Shown piece by piece: positions 56,798 through 64,000 of a stretch of DNA of 64,000 nucleotides. This DNA comes from an uncultured Oscillospiraceae bacterium (GTDB taxonomy: Bacteria; Bacillota; Clostridia; Oscillospirales; Oscillospiraceae): the NCBI GenBank assembly GCA_964634435.1, contig CAZWJM010000001.1, positions 2,304-66,303 of the forward strand, written 5' to 3'. The notes beneath the pieces were generated by a model. The model made no database searches. It had not been told where the DNA came from and saw only the letters and a program-made list of their open reading frames with translations. Made by a program: the position numbers and the translations under genes. The stretch's first letter is position 1. Each line of letters opens with the position of its first letter.

Positions 56798-58045
56798 ATG
56801 AACGTAAACGATATAAGACCCGAGGTATACGAGCTTGCGCGCGAGGCGGAAGCGGAAATAAAAGAGCAGTTTGAGCGAATTGACCGTATTGCCATGATAA
56901 ATACGCACAAGGTCATGGCCGCTTTTCAGGACAATAAGGTGTCAGACTCCTGCTTTGCGGGAACAAGCGGCTACGGCTACGACGATTTGGGCAGGGAAGT
57001 GCTCGATAATGTATATGCGCAGGTTTTTAAGACCGAGGCGGCACTGGTGCGCATCGGCTTCGTTAACGGCACTCACGCCCTCTCAGCGGCCTTGTTTGCA
57101 ATGCTAAAGCCCGGTGACACGCTGCTTTCGGTCACGGGGCTGCCGTATGACACGCTCAGAAATGCGATAGGCATCGAGGGCAACTGCCACGGTTCGCTCA
57201 AATTCTATGGCATCGATTATAAGCAGGTCGACCTTAAAAACGGCGAGCCTGATCATGAGGGCATTAAGAGCGCACTTTCCGATAAATCCATTGCGGCGGT
57301 GCTTATCCAGCGCTCCAGGGGCTATGATAACCGCAAGGCCTTTTCCGCTGAGGAGATAGGGGAGATCTGCAAGACTATACGCTCCGTTTCGCCCGATGTT
57401 AAAATCATGGTCGATAACTGCTACGGCGAATTTACCGGTGAGCATGAGCCGACGGAATACGGCGTTGACCTCATGGCAGGCTCGCTTATCAAAAACCCCG
57501 GCGGCGGCCTTGCGCCCACGGGCGGATATATCGTCGGCCGCAAGGAGCTTGTTGAAAACGCGGCCATGCGGCTTACAACTCCCGGCATCGGCGGCGAGTG
57601 CGGCGCAACCCTCGGCAACAATCGCCTGCTGTTCCAGGGCCTTTTCATGGCACCGCATATTGTTGCACAGGCGATAAAGACCATGACCTTCTGCTCGGCA
57701 ATGATGAAAAAGATAGGCTTTGAGTCATCTCCCGCGCCCGACGAGGTAAGAAGCGATATAATCCAGATGGTCACGCTCAAAACTCCCGAGAATATGAAAA
57801 AGTTCTGCCGCGGCATCCAGGGCGGTGCTCCGGTCGACTCATATGTAACTCCCGAGCCCTGGCAGATGCCGGGCTACAATGTGCCGGTCATAATGGCAGC
57901 CGGCGCCTTCGTGCAGGGCTCGTCGATAGAGCTTTCCGCCGACGGCCCGATGCGCGAGCCGTACACCCTGTATATTCAGGGCGGCATAACCTATGAATCC
58001 GGCAAGCTCGGAATAATGATGGCTGTAAATGAAATGCTAAGCTGA
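56798..58045 (+). CDS. Methionine gamma-lyase family (YnbB / aluminium-resistance-like) PLP enzyme
   Basis: 415 aa. ...SGYGYDDLGR...NGTHA...GSLIKNPGGGLAPTGGY... is typical of this family. Confidence 0.75.
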   Translation: MNVNDIRPEVYELAREAEAEIKEQFERIDRIAMINTHKVMAAFQDNKVSDSCFAGTSGYGYDDLGREVLDNVYAQVFKTEAALVRIGFVNGTHALSAALFAMLKPGDTLLSVTGLPYDTLRNAIGIEGNCHGSLKFYGIDYKQVDLKNGEPDHEGIKSALSDKSIAAVLIQRSRGYDNRKAFSAEEIGEICKTIRSVSPDVKIMVDNCYGEFTGEHEPTEYGVDLMAGSLIKNPGGGLAPTGGYIVGRKELVENAAMRLTTPGIGGECGATLGNNRLLFQGLFMAPHIVAQAIKTMTFCSAMMKKIGFESSPAPDEVRSDIIQMVTLKTPENMKKFCRGIQGGAPVDSYVTPEPWQMPGYNVPVIMAAGAFVQGSSIELSADGPMREPYTLYIQGGITYESGKLGIMMAVNEMLS

Positions 58046-58074
58046 AAGGCGCATATAATACATGGGGTGGTCTC

Positions 58075-60721
<2,647 letters not shown>

Positions 60722-60755
60722 AGTATCGCCGCGAATGGATATCATTTGCGGCGAT

Positions 60756-60784
60756 TAACATTCCTGTGCAGCCGTCCATATAAT
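60756..60784 (+). promoter_or_regulatory. Mother-cell sigma (sigE/sigK-like) promoter candidate for the cotJ operon
   Basis: TAACATT-14 nt-CATATAAT, compared with sigE consensus kmATAtt-N14-CATAcAnT. It also fits sigK AC-N17-CATAnnnTA. Confidence 0.45.
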
Positions 60785-60808
60785 ATAGCACAAAGGAGGA
60801 CTGCACAA

Positions 60809-61252
60809 ATGGATGAAAACAACACCTGCGGCTGCAAGGAAGGTCCGCTTCCCATCTGCGCGCCGCTTGCGATGGCCTATGTGCCAGTGCAGCAGTCGGC
60901 AAAGCCGATGTATTCAAGCGCTGAGGCACTGAGCCGCGGCACACTGTTCCCGGGGCTTGACCTGCCGTTTATGAACATGGTAAACACCGGGGACCTTACC
61001 GGCACGCCTTTGGGAGAGGTCATGGCGCTGGATTTCGTCGCGCATGAGCTTGCACTGTATCTTGACACGCACAGCGGCGACGAGGAAGCGTTTGAAATAT
61101 ATAAAAGCATTTTGGCCCTTTCCAAAACCGCCAGGGAGAAATATGTGAAGCTCTATGGGCCGCTAACAAAGCGCGACCTCAGCAATGCGCAGAGCTACAC
61201 ATGGCTCAAAAACCCCTGGCCATGGGATTACACCGGGAAATCGGAGGGCTAA
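60809..61252 (+). CDS. Fused CotJA-CotJB spore-coat-associated protein (start at MDENN with aaggagg RBS)
   Basis: N-terminal half LAMAYVPVQQ...ALSRGTLFPGLDLPF is CotJA-like. C-terminal half LDFVAHELALYLDTH...YVKLYGPL...NPWPWDY is CotJB-like. cotJC follows directly. Confidence 0.65.
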   Translation: MDENNTCGCKEGPLPICAPLAMAYVPVQQSAKPMYSSAEALSRGTLFPGLDLPFMNMVNTGDLTGTPLGEVMALDFVAHELALYLDTHSGDEEAFEIYKSILALSKTAREKYVKLYGPLTKRDLSNAQSYTWLKNPWPWDYTGKSEG

Positions 61253-61255
61253 GGA

Positions 61256-61849
61256 ATGTTTATATATCAGAAAAAGCTGCAATACCCCGTGAAGATAGCA
61301 AAGCCGAATCCGGCGCTTGCGAAGTTTATAATAAGCCAGTACGGCGGCCCCGACGGTGAGCTTGGCGCGTCGCTGAGATATCTGAGCCAGCGCTACAGTA
61401 TGCCATACCCGGAGCTCAAGGGGCTTCTGACCGATATCGGTACGGAGGAGCTGTGCCATCTTGAAATGGTCGCGGCGATAGTTCATCAGCTTACGCGCAA
61501 GATGACGCCGGAGGAGATCAAAAAAGCCGGCTTTGAAGCATATTTTGTCGACCATACTGCCGGCGTATACCCACAGTTTGCGTCAGGAACACCGTGGACA
61601 GCGGCGACGATGCAGGTAAAGGGCGATGTTATAACAGACCTGAGCGAGAATATGGCGGCCGAGCAGAAGGCTCGCTCGACTTACGACAACATTCTGCGCC
61701 TGTCCGATGACCCGGACGTAAACGACGTCATCAAATTCCTGCGTGAGCGTGAAATAGTCCACTATCAGCGCTTTGGCGAAGGCCTCAGAAGTGCCGTTGA
61801 AAAGCTTGATTCCAAGAACTTTTACGCTGTAAACCCGGCTTTTGATTAA
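61256..61849 (+). CDS. cotJC: Spore coat protein CotJC (manganese-catalase family)
   Basis: ...QYGGPDGELGASLRYLSQRY...EELCHLEMV...AEQKARSTYD... are di-metal ligand motifs. 197 aa. Confidence 0.88.
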   Translation: MFIYQKKLQYPVKIAKPNPALAKFIISQYGGPDGELGASLRYLSQRYSMPYPELKGLLTDIGTEELCHLEMVAAIVHQLTRKMTPEEIKKAGFEAYFVDHTAGVYPQFASGTPWTAATMQVKGDVITDLSENMAAEQKARSTYDNILRLSDDPDVNDVIKFLREREIVHYQRFGEGLRSAVEKLDSKNFYAVNPAFD

Positions 61850-61891
61850 AAAAATCCTCCGTATGCTTTCACATACGGAGGATAAAATTTT
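61848..61891. terminator. Bidirectional terminator between cotJC and the convergent transporter gene
   Basis: atcctccgtatg / catacggaggat 12-bp stem flanked by A and T runs. Confidence 0.8.
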
Positions 61892-61919
61892 ATGCGTTTA
61901 TACGGTCTGTGCTTGCTTA

Positions 61920-63167
61920 TCAGCCCTTAACAGCGGCCTTAGCCTTCTTCTCACGCTCAACCTTGGAGACCCACATTGCTGCAGTTGCGTCGCCGGTGAT
62001 GTTGAGAGTGGTACGGCCCATGTCGAAGAGCTTATCGACACCGGCAACGATGGCGATACCTTCAACAGGCAGGCCGACGGAGATGAGGACCATGGAGAGC
62101 ATGATCATGCCTGCACCGGAAACACCGGCAGTGCCGATGGAAGCGAGGGTCGCGGTGAGAACGATCATAGCCATCTGACCGAGGGTGAGGTCGACGCCGT
62201 AGCAGCATGCGATAAACACTGCGCAAACTGCCTGATAGATAGCGGTACCGTCCATGTTGATGGTTGCGCCCAGCGGCAGGACGAAGGAGCTTATCTCTGG
62301 CTCAGCGCCCATCTCGTTGCAGCACTCGATGTTGATGGGGAGGGTCGCGTTGGACGAGGTGGTCGTGAAAGCGGTGAGCATAGCAGGGGAGAGACCCTTG
62401 AAGAACGCTATCGGACTCATGCCGGACAGGAACTTGACGCTGCAGCCGTATACGATGACGACGTGCAGAATGTAGCCGATGTAGGCAACGCCGATGACGA
62501 TAGCGAGAGAGCCGACGACCTTTGCACCGTTAACGGCAACAACGTCAGCCATCAGGCAAAATACGCCGATCGGGGTGAGCTTGATGATCATCATGAGGAC
62601 CTTCATGGTGACTTCGTTCATGCAGTTGACGAGCTCGCCGATCTTCTCGCCCTTCTTGCCGGCAGCAAGGATGCCTGCGCCGAAGAAGATGGCTATGCAG
62701 ATAACGGGCAGCATATCCATATCGGCCATAGGACCGATGAGGTTATCCGGGAAGATGCCGACGATAACGTCCATGACCTTAGGAGCCTCGGTAGCTGCAT
62801 ACTCAAGCGAATCTCTGTAGCTTGCGTCGAGAACGGGGAAGAAGCCCTTGAAGCAGTTGACAACGGCAAGGCCGATGACAACGGCGATAGCGGTCGTGCA
62901 GATGTAGTATACAAAGGTACGCAGACCGACGCTGCCGACGCGCTTGAGGTCGTTGAGCGATATAACGCCGTCCATTATCGAGAACAGAACAACGGGAACG
63001 ACCATGAACTTAAGCAGGTTTATGTATATCGTTCCGATGGGTTTGAGGTATTCGGTAGTGAATGTGCTTTCAGGTGCGATAAGCAGGAAAGCCAAACCGA
63101 CTACGATACCGGCCAGCATGCAGATGATTATCCATGCTGCAAGGTTGAGTTTCTTTTTTTGCTGCAT
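61920..63167 (-). CDS. Dicarboxylate/amino acid:cation symporter (DAACS family); start at MQQKKK with aggagg RBS
   Basis: About 415 aa polytopic. ...FTTTSSNATLP... and ...GVSGAGMIMLSMVL... hairpin-loop motifs are typical of GltP/SstT-type carriers. Confidence 0.85.
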   Translation of the reverse strand: MQQKKKLNLAAWIIICMLAGIVVGLAFLLIAPESTFTTEYLKPIGTIYINLLKFMVVPVVLFSIMDGVISLNDLKRVGSVGLRTFVYYICTTAIAVVIGLAVVNCFKGFFPVLDASYRDSLEYAATEAPKVMDVIVGIFPDNLIGPMADMDMLPVICIAIFFGAGILAAGKKGEKIGELVNCMNEVTMKVLMMIIKLTPIGVFCLMADVVAVNGAKVVGSLAIVIGVAYIGYILHVVIVYGCSVKFLSGMSPIAFFKGLSPAMLTAFTTTSSNATLPINIECCNEMGAEPEISSFVLPLGATINMDGTAIYQAVCAVFIACCYGVDLTLGQMAMIVLTATLASIGTAGVSGAGMIMLSMVLISVGLPVEGIAIVAGVDKLFDMGRTTLNITGDATAAMWVSKVEREKKAKAAVKG

Positions 63168-63439
63168 TACTATTCCTCCTGTAAGCATAAAGCGAGCAGC
63201 AGCCTCGGTTTATGCGTGATTTTGACCCTTTCCCTTCGTCCTCTGCCATGATAAAGGGCAAAACTCAAAAGCAGAGGGGCTTGAGCTCATTTAGGCTCAA
63301 TTTGGTTCCATTACTCTTCTCATCTTGCTTGTAAATTAATGCGATTATATTAGCATACTAATTTATGTTTGACTATATGCTTATTGGAATATTAACATTT
63401 TCTTTATGCCATAATGCACAAATTGAGCTGCAAAACAGC

Positions 63440-63482
63440 AATAAAATCGCCGAAGATTTCACGAAATCGACAAATCTTCGGC
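63440..63482 (-). terminator. Rho-independent terminator after pfk
   Basis: Minus strand gccgaagattt...aaatcttcggc followed by gattttattgctgtttt. Confidence 0.7.
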
Positions 63483-63502
63483 GTTTGTATGATATTTTGC
63501 GT

Positions 63503-64000
63503 TTACTCCTCGATCTTCGCTTTTACCTTTTTAAGGCGGGCGTAACGGGGGAGAGAATTGCTCCTGGGGATCTTCGGCTCACCCTGAATGAGGGGGAGAA
63601 CGTAGTTAATAAAATCGTTTGTGACATAGTTTCCGTCCTCGGTTATCCATTCGACGGGAACCTTTTTCTCGTAATTTGCAACGCTATTAAGCGACAGAAG
63701 GACAGGCTTGCAGGAGTACAGGCCTGAGCTGTCGTCGCGCTCGAGGGCGACCATTTGGCCGCTTGAGCCTGATATAGCCGACTCAACTGCAAACTTGCCG
63801 ACCATGCACGCTTCCTCAACGTCAATGGCAGATGCTATGTGTGCTGCACTGCGCTGCAGAAGGCTAAGCTCAATGCCGCGCACCTTTTTAAGGCCGAGGC
63901 GCTCTTTGAGGTAATTTGCAAGCTTCACGGCCAGACCGCCGAGCTGAGCGTGGCCAAAGCCGTCAGTACCCGAAGTCTTAGCCTCGGATACAAAGGAGCC
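63503..64000 (-). CDS. pfk: 6-phosphofructokinase, long (PPi-dependent-like) form, C-terminal part (5' end outside window)
   Basis: Frame is open to the window edge. ...DGFGHAQLGG...ELSLLQRSAAHIAS..DVEEA...G matches the PFK C-terminal domain. Confidence 0.8.
   Translation of the reverse strand, partial: GSFVSEAKTSGTDGFGHAQLGGLAVKLANYLKERLGLKKVRGIELSLLQRSAAHIASAIDVEEACMVGKFAVESAISGSSGQMVALERDDSSGLYSCKPVLLSLNSVANYEKKVPVEWITEDGNYVTNDFINYVLPLIQGEPKIPRSNSLPRYARLKKVKAKIEE

Noticed and set aside
61842-63251. 469-aa plus-strand ORF rich in D/G/H/A
   Set aside because: It is a codon-aligned antisense frame of the DAACS transporter gene. It starts inside the cotJC terminator and has no RBS.
63168-63345. 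Possible glycine riboswitch or T-box in the transporter leader
   Set aside because: CTCTGC...GGCAGAGGACGAAGGGAAAGGG loosely recalls glycine-aptamer motifs. However, the GGAGAG/ACCGAAGGGGCAA cores and the T-box GGTGGTACCGCG are absent. It is kept only as an unclassified structured leader.
63365-63727. 120-aa plus-strand ORF
   Set aside because: It begins in AT-rich intergenic DNA, runs through the pfk terminator and continues antisense into pfk. No RBS.

Overview
This window is conserved core chromosome from a GC-rich, endospore-forming Firmicute, clostridial by rnpB type and SipL/SpoIIIA content. Nearly all genes are on the + strand and tightly packed, many with overlapping stop/start codons. 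In order: prkC (3' part)-rsgA; a SipL-like LysM gene fused onto an 8-gene spoIIIAA-AH operon; asp23-nusB-xseAB-ispA-dxs-tlyA-nadK-argR-recN, syntenic with B. subtilis; a Tyr T-box leader driving a C_GCAxxG_C_C gene and tyrS; ybaK, nudF, murA, yycJ-like MBL, rlmH, pgcA and a split chrA pair; ylbJ (-) facing yqfC-yqfD-phoH-ybeY-era-yqzL-recO-mutS2; ptsH, eamA, uvrC, rsmD, coaD; a dcw cluster (mraZ-rsmH-ftsL-pbp/spoVD-murE-mraY-ftsW-murG-murA2-ftsQ-ftsZ); a minus-strand island (His-rich csoR, an 899-aa Fe-S flavoprotein, RNase P RNA); then murD, ynbB-like, yunB, ligA, a cotJ operon, a DAACS transporter (-) and a pfk 3' end (-). I see no CRISPR array, transposase, integrase, phage genes, toxin-antitoxin pair or recognisable defence system, and nothing I can defend as a new multi-gene system. 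The items worth a second look are local. They are a minimal SpoIIIAG, a His-rich orphan CsoR, a large fused Fe-S flavoprotein, a Tyr T-box with an extra redox gene, an MraZ operator repeat, a fused CotJA-CotJB, a dispersed dcw cluster, two small unlisted ORFs and a long transporter leader. The very long antisense ORFs in the track are codon-bias artefacts.
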